DNA of 63,018 bases from Candidatus Aegiribacteria sp. (lineage in GTDB: Bacteria; Fermentibacterota; Fermentibacteria; Fermentibacterales; JCC-6). The notes beneath the pieces were generated by a model. The model made no database searches. It was given only the letters and a program-made list of their open reading frames with translations, and was not told the DNA's origin. Shown here in pieces: positions 62,972 through 63,018 of this stretch (the stretch's first letter is position 1; every line of letters begins with the position of its first letter). The stretch spans positions 1 to 63,018 of the forward strand of contig JAIOQY010000170.1 in NCBI GenBank assembly GCA_021108435.1, in the 5' to 3' direction. The translations under genes and the position numbers were made by a program.

Positions 62972-63018
62972 GAATATTGGAGTCTGTTCTTAAGTATTCA
63001 ATGTACATAATAACGCTT

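Noticed and set aside
1-63018. CRISPR arrays, transposases, integrases, prophage or defence-island genes
   Set aside because: I found no regularly spaced direct repeats and no ORFs with DDE, tyrosine- or serine-recombinase or phage structural motifs. The only repeated non-coding element found is the 30-nt hairpin reported above.

Overview
The window is a bacterial chromosomal segment that reads like an uncultivated anaerobe; this is inference and no taxonomy was computed. It is densely coding, with many ATGA/TAATG stop-start overlaps. I saw no rRNA, CRISPR array, transposase, integrase or phage genes.

Layout:
1. 1-8 kb: a truncated tRNA-like 3' end, rpsD, two small lipoprotein genes, a GGDEF cyclase, and an amidohydrolase-nadC-coaX-coaC-mtnA string.
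2. 8-19 kb: one co-directional block of dnaK, dnaJ, mutS2, dnaG and a sigma-70 gene whose stop overlaps the start of a BtuF/FecCDE-type ABC importer.
3. 19-33 kb: an envelope block with a PpiD-like chaperone, holA, asd, an MltD-like LysM transglycosylase, a 1223-aa helical protein, a TPR protein and an Slt70-like transglycosylase.
4. 33-43 kb: an accessory-looking block. It holds a three-gene radical-SAM/SPASM, FeeM-like N-acyltransferase and B12-radical-SAM operon, then a FIST protein with a soluble hybrid histidine kinase, then a CsgG-like/LPP20-like/FlgT-like lipoprotein trio.
5. 43-63 kb: a 17-gene group-4 membrane-bound [NiFe]-hydrogenase operon. It carries a complete Mrp antiporter set and is headed by an AsrA/AsrB-like flavin/NAD(P)H module. 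It is followed by hycI, a GT-C-like membrane protein and hypBA/hypFCDE.

Best candidates for something new:
- The NAD(P)H-module-plus-Mrp hydrogenase.
- The rSAM/FeeM/B12-rSAM lipid or signal cluster.
- A 30-nt hairpin present twice in the window with a compensatory base-pair change.
- A Cys-rich gene with no canonical start codon.

All functional calls come from motif recognition by eye. No database search was run.
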